The notes under the pieces are model-generated. The model was not told where the DNA came from. It did no database searches and saw only the letters and a program-made list of their open reading frames with translations. DNA of 61,943 nucleotides from an uncultured bacterium (GTDB lineage: Bacteria; Hydrogenedentota; CAZGCA01). Numbering within the stretch: position 1 is the first letter of the stretch; every line of letters starts with the position of its first letter. The DNA is taken from positions 1 to 61,943 of the forward strand of contig CAZGCA010000028.1 in assembly GCA_964524145.1 (NCBI GenBank), in the 5' to 3' direction. The position numbers were made by a program, and so were the translations under genes. Positions 9,709-18,042 of the stretch are shown in pieces.

Positions 9709-10611
9709 CTAGATCTCGGCGAAAAGCTTGTCCACATACTGTTTACAGTCCGCGGTAACGTCCCACGCGTTGTCCCAGAAGCACAGGTCTATCGGCCACC
9801 ACCCGCTCGAGTATCCGGCTGCCTCGATAGCGGGCACCACTTTGTGGAAATCGATGACCCCCTGGCCGAACGGGGCGTGCGTGCTCGTATCGTCGTCGTG
9901 CAACGTGTTGTCCGAATCAATGATGTGTACGTGGTTGATCTTGCCCGCCAACATCTCGATGAACTCGAGCACGCCGCCGTCGAGTGTTTCTTTCTCGCCG
10001 TACTGTTTTGCGCCGACGACCGCGCACATCTGCACATGACACGTGTCGAGCAGCACACCGAAATTATCTTCGCCGACGTCCTCAACCATCTTCTTGATCT
10101 CGCTCGGCTTGTTGAATATGAACCCCGGCTCGAACTCCCAGGTAACGTTCGCCCCAACATCGGCCGCTTTGCGAGCGCATTTCTTGAACGTATCGACGAC
10201 ACGTTGCCACGTCTCCTCGTAGTCGAGCGCGTCGGGGAACGGCGATGCCGTGACGCAATCGAGCCGGAGCATCTTGATGCCGCAGTCGGTTGCGAACTCG
10301 ACTCCCTGGTCGAACGCGTCGTCGTACTGTTTGACGACAGCCGGGTCGCCCTCGGCGAACGGAAAGCCCCACAGGTCGGGCACGTAGGCCGAAACACCGA
10401 GCCCGTTGCCGGCGAGCATGTCCATCAGCTTCTGCCGGTCGGCCTTTGTCGGGTAGAGGTCGGGATGCGCGTGCGGTTTGAACCCGCCAAGTTCTATGCC
10501 GTCGAATTTCAGCTCGCCGAGCCGTTTTGCCACCTCGTCCAGCGGCACAGGCTTGCTCTCGTAAGGACCGATAGCGTACGCCCAACTCCCGATAGAGATC
10601 TTCCTATTCAT
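9709..10611 (-). CDS. Sugar phosphate isomerase/epimerase (xylose-isomerase-like TIM barrel, D-tagatose/psicose 3-epimerase-like)
   Basis: DGIEL, WEFEP, LDTCH, HVHIIDS, H.PFGQG.ID. Confidence 0.88.
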   Translation of the reverse strand: MNRKISIGSWAYAIGPYESKPVPLDEVAKRLGELKFDGIELGGFKPHAHPDLYPTKADRQKLMDMLAGNGLGVSAYVPDLWGFPFAEGDPAVVKQYDDAFDQGVEFATDCGIKMLRLDCVTASPFPDALDYEETWQRVVDTFKKCARKAADVGANVTWEFEPGFIFNKPSEIKKMVEDVGEDNFGVLLDTCHVQMCAVVGAKQYGEKETLDGGVLEFIEMLAGKINHVHIIDSDNTLHDDDTSTHAPFGQGVIDFHKVVPAIEAAGYSSGWWPIDLCFWDNAWDVTADCKQYVDKLFAEI

Positions 10612-10651
10612 GACACGCCTCCTTTCGCATGTTCCGCTCGCCGTCGATGTC

Positions 10652-11611
10652 TCAGTATGGTTTGACAGTCTCTCCGCTCGCCGCCGACCTCACTATAGCT
10701 GCCTCAAGCTGCAACTCACGCAACCCGTCCAGCCCGGTTACGGGCGGTTCTTGACCCGCGTTGATCGCGTCTATGAACGCGCGCATGTGCCGGCCGAACG
10801 AGAGATTGAACCCGTCACGGCCATGCAACGGTATCGGTCCGATGCTGCGCCTTTCCTTCGTCTTGTTATGTTCGAGTATAAACGGTCCGGCGAGATCCAC
10901 GATTCGCGCGCCGGCTTGTTCGCCGTTAATCTCGATCGAAAACAGCGGCCTGTGCCAGCCGCGCCGTTCCGTGCCGATTATCGTGCCCACCGCACCGTTC
11001 GCAAACTTCAAAGAGATAGCCCGGTCGGGCGCTTTGGCCGAGCCGGACTCCTTTGCCGACAGTTCTTCGACCTCGCCGGCGAAATGACGCATCAGGTCCA
11101 GCGAATGGCTCCAGCATGCGAGATGCGCGCAGATATGCACATACACTATCTCGCCTAACTCGCCGGAGTCAATCGCCTGTTTCATCAGCATCACGTGGTC
11201 CAGGAACCGGTAGTTGAACCCCATACCGAAGAAGACGCCCTTCCCTTTGGCTGCGTCCACCATCTGTTGCGCCGGCTCCAGGTCGCCGGGCTCAACACGT
11301 TCCTGTCCTTTGGCAGCAAACAGCGGCTTCTCGGTGAACGTGTGGCAGCCTGCCTCGACCACCTTGAGGATGGGTTCGAGCCTGTCCATCTCGCGTGTTA
11401 TACACGGACAGACGTCCGGTTTCTCTTTCTTTAGCATTTCGTCAACGCTGTTATAAGCCGGCACGCCAAACTCGTTGCCGATCTCTTCGGCGCGTTCCTT
11501 GATGAGGTCGCAGACAGCAACGAGCTCCGCACCGTCCGCAGCCACTACGCCCGGGATGTGGTGGCCCCGCGCCATACTCCCGCAACCGACAAACGCCACT
11601 CTCAACGCCAC
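10652..11611 (-). CDS. Gfo/Idh/MocA family oxidoreductase
   Basis: VGCGSMA, EKP, GFNYRF, HSLDL, DG..ELQ. Confidence 0.9.
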   Translation of the reverse strand: MALRVAFVGCGSMARGHHIPGVVAADGAELVAVCDLIKERAEEIGNEFGVPAYNSVDEMLKKEKPDVCPCITREMDRLEPILKVVEAGCHTFTEKPLFAAKGQERVEPGDLEPAQQMVDAAKGKGVFFGMGFNYRFLDHVMLMKQAIDSGELGEIVYVHICAHLACWSHSLDLMRHFAGEVEELSAKESGSAKAPDRAISLKFANGAVGTIIGTERRGWHRPLFSIEINGEQAGARIVDLAGPFILEHNKTKERRSIGPIPLHGRDGFNLSFGRHMRAFIDAINAGQEPPVTGLDGLRELQLEAAIVRSAASGETVKPY

Positions 11612-11665
11612 GTAACGCTCCTTTCAGACTACGACAAGACGGCCATCCTGACAGTCAACGGCAGC

Positions 11666-11694
11666 AGTATATCCCGACCGCTCGCACGAGTCAA
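11666..11694 (-). promoter_or_regulatory. sigma70-type promoter for the Gfo-epimerase-dehydrogenase operon
   Basis: Minus strand TTGACT-N17-TATACT about 55 nt upstream of the start. Confidence 0.55.
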
Positions 11695-11749
11695 GGTTTC
11701 AGGGCGTCCCGGGTCTATTATTCAATCCGAACGGGAGAGAACGCTACGC

Positions 11750-12739
11750 TCAAGACTCTTTCGTTTCTGCCACCAGAGCGTCGAGTTGTTCCCGGTAGTA
11801 GCGGAAGTGGTGGAAGGGAAGATAGTCACGGACAGTATCGTCGAGGTAGGGAACGTACCCGCCCTGTTCGAGCAAGGGCCGTACGGTTTGGTCCAGTACG
11901 TCGTCAATAGCTTTCGACCCTTGCATAACGGTGCGCCAATCAATCCCGCCGAAGAACCGTAGCTGAGGATCGAATTCGCGGCGCAACGCGGTGTAGGAGA
12001 TGCCTGCCAAGCCGGCTTGGTTGATTGCCAGCCCGTTGATTCCCGCTTCCAGCCAGAGCGGTATCAACGGCCGCACCTGGCCTGAGCTCCACACGAACCG
12101 GAAGGCTACCCCGTGATGCTCCAACCGTTCAACGACGCGCCGCAACGCAGGCAGGGCGAAGCGGGCGTATGTATCCGGCGATACGACCGGCCTCTTGTTC
12201 GAGGCTATCGGCTCGTAGAGTACCGCCAGGTCCACCTCGACATCGGCCAGTACGCGGTCCAGCAACCCTTCAAGGTACCCGGCGTAATGATCCATTGCAG
12301 CCTCCACCAACGCCGGTCGGTCGCAGAGCGCCGCAATCGCCATGTAAAACGATCTCCAGTCGCCGATACCGATTACCTGGAAAAAACCCTCGTTCCATGG
12401 GGCAATCGAAAGAGCGAAGTCGCGTGTGCGCCACTCTGGAAGGCGGTTCTGCCAGTCTTCGGGGAGCCGGTCCGCCCTGCCGGCATCATAGGCTCCACGA
12501 AACGACTCGAGGTCGGCTTCGGTTTCGACTACAGCCTTCTCCTCGGGATTCCGTCGCCATTGCACCGGCAGGTCTTCGCGCCGGTCGAGTCCGAAATACT
12601 CCTCAGGGGAGAGATCGTCCAGACCGCCCTGGGCCGTCCACGCCCGGATCACCTCGTCCGAGAACTGGTTCTCGTAACGCGGTGGCGGCACATCCTTTGA
12701 GAACGACAACGTGTGGCGAAGTTGAAGACGTGAGTTCAC
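11750..12739 (-). CDS. Uroporphyrinogen decarboxylase (URO-D/MtaA-CmuA) family protein
   Basis: SP..YARF.LP, SSGQVRPLIPLW.EAGIN, GGID, GGYVP.LD; GTG start after AAGGAGG; TTGACA-N17-TAACTT at 12789-12817. Confidence 0.8.
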   Translation of the reverse strand: MNSRLQLRHTLSFSKDVPPPRYENQFSDEVIRAWTAQGGLDDLSPEEYFGLDRREDLPVQWRRNPEEKAVVETEADLESFRGAYDAGRADRLPEDWQNRLPEWRTRDFALSIAPWNEGFFQVIGIGDWRSFYMAIAALCDRPALVEAAMDHYAGYLEGLLDRVLADVEVDLAVLYEPIASNKRPVVSPDTYARFALPALRRVVERLEHHGVAFRFVWSSGQVRPLIPLWLEAGINGLAINQAGLAGISYTALRREFDPQLRFFGGIDWRTVMQGSKAIDDVLDQTVRPLLEQGGYVPYLDDTVRDYLPFHHFRYYREQLDALVAETKES

Positions 12740-12903
12740 AAGTACGTATCCCTCCTTAATCCCTGATCTGTTCGACGGGCTCAGCCTCAAGTTAGCAGCA
12801 CACCCGAGCTTTGTCAAGTCTGACAGTCCAATTCCTACATTGGGCAGACACGCAGGTCTACGCCCACTTCATCGTGCAACTGAAGGATCGCGATGGCGGC
12901 AGC

Positions 12904-12933
12904 TTGACTTCATCGGCTCGGTTCCGCTAGACT
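12904..12933 (+). promoter_or_regulatory. Putative promoter of the lsrF operon
   Basis: TTGACT-N18-TAGACT. Confidence 0.45.
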
Positions 12934-13011
12934 TCTGCCAATCGGGGATCCTTGTGATCTAGGTGTTGTGGTCTCCGTAAGGGCAAGCGGTAGACGTGAG
13001 TGGATAAGGTT

Positions 13012-13224
13012 ATGGCGATAGAGGGATATGTAGACTACCAGAGGCGCGAGTACTGCAAGGATATCGAGTGTCCGGTGCAACTGCTGCTGGATAGACAGCA
13101 ACCGGATTCTGACGGGTACGAAAACGTGCGGCGGATATGCAAGACGAAATGCATACACACGACGTACGAGTTCCATCACTGGCTGATAGAGAAGGGATAT
13201 CTGGTCGTCAGGCCCGAGAACTAG
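13012..13224 (+). CDS. Small Cys/His-rich hypothetical protein (putative metal-binding)
   Basis: 70 aa; CKDIEC...CKTKCIH..EFHHW; ends 22 nt before lsrF. Confidence 0.72.
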   Translation: MAIEGYVDYQRREYCKDIECPVQLLLDRQQPDSDGYENVRRICKTKCIHTTYEFHHWLIEKGYLVVRPEN

Positions 13225-13246
13225 GACGACAAAGGAGGTAGTTCGA

Positions 13247-14041
13247 ATGGAGTGGGGAATGCAGAACCGAATGGCACAGATGATCAAATCGGACGGACGG
13301 TGCTTTTTCCTGCCGATTGACCACGGCTATTTTCAGGGGCCGACAACGTGCCTCGAGAAACCCGGCGAGACCATCAAACCGCTTCTCCGGTATGCCGACG
13401 CGCTGTTCGTGACACGCGGCGTGCTGCGCAACTGCGTGGATGCGGCAAAGAGCGTGCCGATCATTCTGAGGGTGTCCGGCTGCACGAGCATGGTCGGGGA
13501 AACGCTGACGAACGAAACGATCACCACGTCGATAGAAGAGATCATCCGGCTCAACGCATCTGCGGTCGGCGTTTCAGTGTTCATCGGCAGCGAGCACGAG
13601 CACCAGACGTTGAACAACCTCACAGAACTGGTCAACGACTGCGAGGATTACGGTATTCCGGTGATGGCGGTCACGGCGGTCGGTCGGGAGTTGGAGAAAC
13701 GCGACGCCCGGTATCTTGGCCTGTGCTGTCGAATCTGTGCTGAGCTTGGCGCGCGCGTCGTGAAGACTTACTGGTGCGAGGATTTCGACAAGGTCGTCGA
13801 AGGCTGCCCGGCTCCCGTAGTGATAGCGGGCGGCCCGATATGCGAGACGGAACTTGAGGTGATGGAATTCGTCTACGACGGGATCCAGAAAGGCGCCATC
13901 GGCATCAACCTCGGCAGAAACGTCTGGAAACACTCGCATCCCGTGCCAATGATGAGAGCACTGCGTGCGGTCGTCCACAAGAACGCGACGCCGAAAGAGG
14001 CGCTCGATATATACAACGAGCTGAAGAACTCCGGGAAGTAA
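13247..14041 (+). CDS. lsrF: LsrF-type 3-hydroxy-5-phosphonooxypentane-2,4-dione thiolase (DhnA class I aldolase family)
   Basis: MEWGMQNR, DHGYFQGPT, TRGVLR, RDARYL, AELGA.VVKTY, IAGG, GRNV; AGGAGG RBS. Confidence 0.92.
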   Translation: MEWGMQNRMAQMIKSDGRCFFLPIDHGYFQGPTTCLEKPGETIKPLLRYADALFVTRGVLRNCVDAAKSVPIILRVSGCTSMVGETLTNETITTSIEEIIRLNASAVGVSVFIGSEHEHQTLNNLTELVNDCEDYGIPVMAVTAVGRELEKRDARYLGLCCRICAELGARVVKTYWCEDFDKVVEGCPAPVVIAGGPICETELEVMEFVYDGIQKGAIGINLGRNVWKHSHPVPMMRALRAVVHKNATPKEALDIYNELKNSGK

Positions 14042-14199
14042 CGTAAGTAGGGGGTTCCGATCACAACTTCCAGGAACCGCGCGAATTCGTCGTTTCGATT
14101 CGGGGTCTGGGTTCGATGCTAAGTAAACACCTTACTCGAACAAATCGAGTGCAGGAAAGCCGACGCTGATGTCCTGAACACTCGAGAGAGAGGCTGAGT

Positions 14200-14469
14200 A
14201 TGATAACCGAGCACGATAGGGCTGTCATACTGCGGTGTGCCAAAGGGTATGGGGCTTCGTCTATCTTGCTTTTTGGCTCATCGATTGGCGCAGAGGGCGA
14301 ACCGAGTGATATAGACCTCGGAGTGGATGGCGTCCGGCCCGAGTTGTTCTTCAAGTTCTACGCGGATCTTATTAAGTATCTCTCCAAACCGGTTGATCTC
14401 GTTGATCTGTCCAAGAAGTCGTCTTTCAACGAACTCATCAGAGAGAACGGTATACAGATCTATGGGTGA
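14200..14469 (+). CDS. Minimal nucleotidyltransferase (MNT/MntA-like antitoxin)
   Basis: LFGS-x9-DID, VDLVDL, ends I.ENG..IYG. Confidence 0.88.
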   Translation: MITEHDRAVILRCAKGYGASSILLFGSSIGAEGEPSDIDLGVDGVRPELFFKFYADLIKYLSKPVDLVDLSKKSSFNELIRENGIQIYG

Positions 14470-14896
14470 CTTGGGGAGATACGTCGAGGCGCAAAAGGAG
14501 AACGTCCAGAGAACACTGTCCGACCTCGGCGAAGCGATGCGCAGAGAAGAGAAGTCGGTGATCGAGTTAGCAGCTCTCGCCACGTTTCTCCTCAATATAT
14601 ACAACGGTGTCGAGAACATCCTGAAGCAAAGCCTCAAAGCCTTAAACGCTGAGGTTCCCAAGTCTGGAACGTGGCACAAGAACTTGCTGGAACTGTCCGT
14701 GTCACGACAGATCATACCGGAGGAGGTTGCCGATAAGCTTCGGGAGTATCTTGCTTTCCGACATTTCTTTGTTCATGGATACGGATTCATGCTCGACGAA
14801 ACCCAGTTGTGCAAGTTGGCCAACGAAATTGAGGCAACGTGGTCGCAGTTTCTATCGGCAGTAGACGCGTTCATACAATCGCAAGGTGACAAGTAG
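14462..14896 (+). CDS. HEPN-domain RNase toxin (HepT/DUF86-like)
   Basis: Rx4HxY motif (RHFFVHGY), YNGVENIL, WHKNLL; start overlaps the MNT stop. Confidence 0.85.
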   Translation: MGDLGRYVEAQKENVQRTLSDLGEAMRREEKSVIELAALATFLLNIYNGVENILKQSLKALNAEVPKSGTWHKNLLELSVSRQIIPEEVADKLREYLAFRHFFVHGYGFMLDETQLCKLANEIEATWSQFLSAVDAFIQSQGDK

Positions 14897-15032
14897 GAAT
14901 TCAAGCATGTCGTTCTGGTTGGATACCGCGATTCATGACCACGTTTGTCAAGGTTTGTCGAGTGACCATGCTATGGTAAAAAGGTCACTTTTCCTGTTTA
15001 TGGTCCTGGATCGGAGGTGAAAGGCAAATACG

Positions 15033-16058
15033 ATGCGCGTGGCGATGTACTATAGCAACAGTGATGTGCGGCTCGAGGAGATGCCGACGCCGCAGATCGG
15101 TCCCGGCGAGATTCTCGTCAAGGTAATGGCGAGCGGGATATGCGGCAGCGATGTGATGGAATGGTATCGCATCAAGAAAGCGCCGATCGTGCTCGGCCAC
15201 GAGATCACCGGCGAGATCGTCGACGTGGGCAACGGCGTCAAGCGGTTCAGTACGGGCGACAGAGTGTTCGTGTCGCATCACGTTCCGTGCAACACGTGCC
15301 GGTACTGTTTACGCGGAAACCACACCGTCTGCGAGACGCTGCACACGACGAACTTCGACCCGGGCGGGTTTGCAGAGTACCTACGGATACCGAAGATCAA
15401 CGTTGACCGCGGCACGTTCATATTGCCGGACGAAATGTCGTATGAAGAAGGGGCGTTTATCGAGCCGCTCGCGTGCGTCATACGCGGCCAGAGGGTTGCG
15501 GGCTTCCAGCCGGGTCAAACCGTGCTCGTGCTCGGAAGCGGCATCTCCGGGATGCTCCACATACTGCTCGCCCGCGCCCTGGGTGCAGGACGAATAATCG
15601 CGACGGACGTGAGCGAGTACCGTCTGCAGAAAGCGCAGGAACTTGGTGCGGATGCGGTGATTGATGCAACTGAAGACGTGCCGGCACGAGTCCGCGAACT
15701 CAACGACGGCCACCCCGCCGACCTCGTTATCGTCTGTACTGGAGCGTTTTCCGCGTTCACCCAGTCGTTGGACTCGGTGGACAGGGGCGGCACGGTTCTC
15801 TGTTTCGCCACCACCGAGCCGGGCGTCGATCTTCCGGTTCCGATTAACGATTTCTGGCGTAATTCCATTACCGTACTGCCCTCGTACGCCAACAGCCCGT
15901 ATGATGCCGCGGTGGCGATAGACCTGATCCGAGCCGGCCGCGTGCGTGTCCAGGAGATGATCACCCACAGGTTGCGTCTCGCGGAGGCAGGTCTCGGGTT
16001 CAAGCTGGTTGCCGAAGCGAAAGAATCTCTCAAGGTGATCATCGAACCGCAGAGGTAA
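15033..16058 (+). CDS. Zn-dependent (MDR) dehydrogenase, sorbitol/threonine DH-like
   Basis: GICGSD, GHE, CNTCRYC...C, EPLAC, GSGISG. Confidence 0.92.
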   Translation: MRVAMYYSNSDVRLEEMPTPQIGPGEILVKVMASGICGSDVMEWYRIKKAPIVLGHEITGEIVDVGNGVKRFSTGDRVFVSHHVPCNTCRYCLRGNHTVCETLHTTNFDPGGFAEYLRIPKINVDRGTFILPDEMSYEEGAFIEPLACVIRGQRVAGFQPGQTVLVLGSGISGMLHILLARALGAGRIIATDVSEYRLQKAQELGADAVIDATEDVPARVRELNDGHPADLVIVCTGAFSAFTQSLDSVDRGGTVLCFATTEPGVDLPVPINDFWRNSITVLPSYANSPYDAAVAIDLIRAGRVRVQEMITHRLRLAEAGLGFKLVAEAKESLKVIIEPQR

Positions 16059-16100
16059 GGATAGCAGCGTCCCCGTGTCGTATACTAGAGGGCATTAAGG

Positions 16101-16129
16101 TTGACATGCGGTATATGCTGATGTATAAT
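16101..16129 (+). promoter_or_regulatory. Consensus sigma70 promoter inside the IS630 left end
   Basis: TTGACA-N17-TATAAT, 6 nt upstream of ATG 16136. Confidence 0.8.
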
Positions 16130-16135
16130 TACTGC

Positions 16136-17075
16136 ATGAAAATAGCAAGCGGAGAAGTGCGACAGCGGGCCATCGCGGCTTACGAGACCGGACAGGGTAC
16201 TCAGGCGCAGGTGGCGAGACTCTACGGCATTGACATCTCGACGTTCCAACGGTGGCTGAAGCGTTACCGTGAGAGCGGGCGCGCGGAACCGTTGCCACGC
16301 GGTCATAATCCCCCTGCGCTGGATGAGGCAAAGATGCAGCAGCTCGACGCGTTAGTCCAGCGCAGCCCGGATGCCACGCTTGCGCAGTTGCGCGAGATGT
16401 TGGGGGTGGGTTGCAGCGCGGTGGCGATTCACAACGCGCTGAAGCGACTGGGGTATCGGTATAAAAAAAACGCTACGGGCCAGCGAACGAGAACGCGCCG
16501 ATGTCCAACAGCTTCGTGACACGTGGGTTGCTCAACACGCGGACGTTGACCTGCGACGGGTGGTATTCGTCGATGAATCGGGAGCGAAGACGAACATGAC
16601 GCGTCTGCGAGGACGTGCGCTACACGGGAGGCGTGTTTTGGACAGCGCGCCACATGGCCACTGGCATACGACGACGATGATAGGCTCGATCCGTCTTGAC
16701 GGCACCAGCGTGTGCATGGCTGTTGAAGGTGCAACGGATACGGAGGTGTTCCGCGAATACGTGCGGCGTGTACTGGCCCCGGCGTTACGTCCTGGCGACA
16801 TCGTTGTGCTCGACAATCTCGCGGCGCACAAAGACGCGCAGGCAGAGGCTTTGATCGAGGCTGCCCACGCGGAGCTTCGTTTCTTGCCGCCCTACAGTCC
16901 GGACCTCAACCCCATCGAAAAGATGTGGAGCAAGGTCAAGGCATTCCTTCGCGCTGCCAAGGCGCGCACGCAGGAAGAGTTGTATGCCGCGATCGGCGCG
17001 GCGCTAAGAACAGTTACCCCACAGGATGCGGAGGGCTGGTTCAGATCATGCGGCTATGCCGCAGCTCAACACTAA
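16136..17075 (+). CDS. tnp: IS630 transposase split in two frames, joined by a +1 shift at an A8 run (16463-16470)
   Basis: ORF-A is an HTH ending LGYRYKK; the next frame continues KKTLRASERER..VFVDESG..DNL..H..LPPYSPDLNPIE. Confidence 0.9.
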
Positions 17076-17289
17076 AATGCTCTAGTGCCGAGCCAAAAAG
17101 CCATTGCAGTCGAGTGCGACAAGTCTTTTCGGAACGTATTCTGCGGCTGAACGATAACTTGTCGTTATTGTTTCGACGATTCCGCATTATGCTTGATATT
17201 TCGGTGGGGGTGTGCTACAATTCATTTCTGGAAGGGGGAACCCTCGAGGGATGATGACGTATGTGTAGTAGGCAAGAGAGGGTGAGCTA

Positions 17290-17979
17290 ATGAGTCTGAA
17301 AGATACGGTTGTCGTCGTAGATGACGATGAGCTGGTTCGAGTTGGGTTTTGCGAAGTCATCGAGGACGAGGGATACAGAGCGATACCATTGGCAAGTGGG
17401 GAGGGTCTGGACGAGCTGTTGTGCAAGAACGACGTATCGCTGGTACTGGTAGATCTACGAATGGCCGGCATGACCGGTCTGGACATTCTGCGTGATATCA
17501 AGGAGAAGCATCCCCGCACTGTGGTAGTTATTGTTACAGCGTACGCGTCGCTGGAGAGTGCGGTAGATGCGTTGAGACAAGGTGCCTACGATTATCTTCT
17601 CAAACCCTGCAGCAACGCGGATCTTATTTCAACGGTACGCCGAGCCCTGTATGCTCGACGCGCGGGTGCTGCAGAGATGGAGGAACTCCGGCTTCAATCG
17701 ATCCGCGAAGTCTCGGCAATGCTGAACCACGAGTTCGAACGGCCCCTTAGCGGTATCCGGCTTTATAGTGACCTGCTGCTGGAGAGAAGCCGCAAGGAAA
17801 TGGACGATGATCTGCGTACTATAGCGGAAACGCTTCTGCACTGTTCGGCGTTGATCGAAGATGTATTGAGAAAGCTCTCGTCAATAGTCAAACCCGTTGT
17901 GGCCACTCCGGTAACCGGAGAACGGAAGCCGATGCTCGACATTCGCGCGTCTCGCAGTAATGACAACCTGCTGCATTAG
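17290..17979 (+). CDS. Response regulator: receiver domain plus HisKA-like helical domain, no ATPase
   Basis: VVDDD, DLRM, TAY, KP receiver motifs, then MLNHEFERPLSGI. Confidence 0.85.
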   Translation: MSLKDTVVVVDDDELVRVGFCEVIEDEGYRAIPLASGEGLDELLCKNDVSLVLVDLRMAGMTGLDILRDIKEKHPRTVVVIVTAYASLESAVDALRQGAYDYLLKPCSNADLISTVRRALYARRAGAAEMEELRLQSIREVSAMLNHEFERPLSGIRLYSDLLLERSRKEMDDDLRTIAETLLHCSALIEDVLRKLSSIVKPVVATPVTGERKPMLDIRASRSNDNLLH

Positions 17980-18042
17980 GCCAGCCCCGGCGGTTTTGCC
18001 ATCGAGGTCCCTGACGGCGTAGGATTCAGCCGGCAGACTTCT

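Larger units (their letters stand above)
16086..17084 (+). mobile_element. IS630-family insertion sequence with TA target duplication
   Basis: Ends TAGAGGGCATTAAGGTTG and (reverse) TAGAGCATTTTAGTGTTG; TA at 16086-87 and 17083-84 within CTAG. Confidence 0.9.

Noticed and set aside
9496-10665. Long plus-strand ORFs antisense to real genes (also 24323-25519, 25344-26189, 20091-21032, 60737-61756; minus-strand 44839-45879, 48782-49726)
   Set aside because: Shadow ORFs typical of high-GC coding DNA; no motifs, and the opposite strand carries clear protein families.
13247-14041. Complete AI-2 (lsr) quorum-sensing system
   Set aside because: Only lsrF is present; no lsrK, lsrR, lsrG or lsrACDB in the window.
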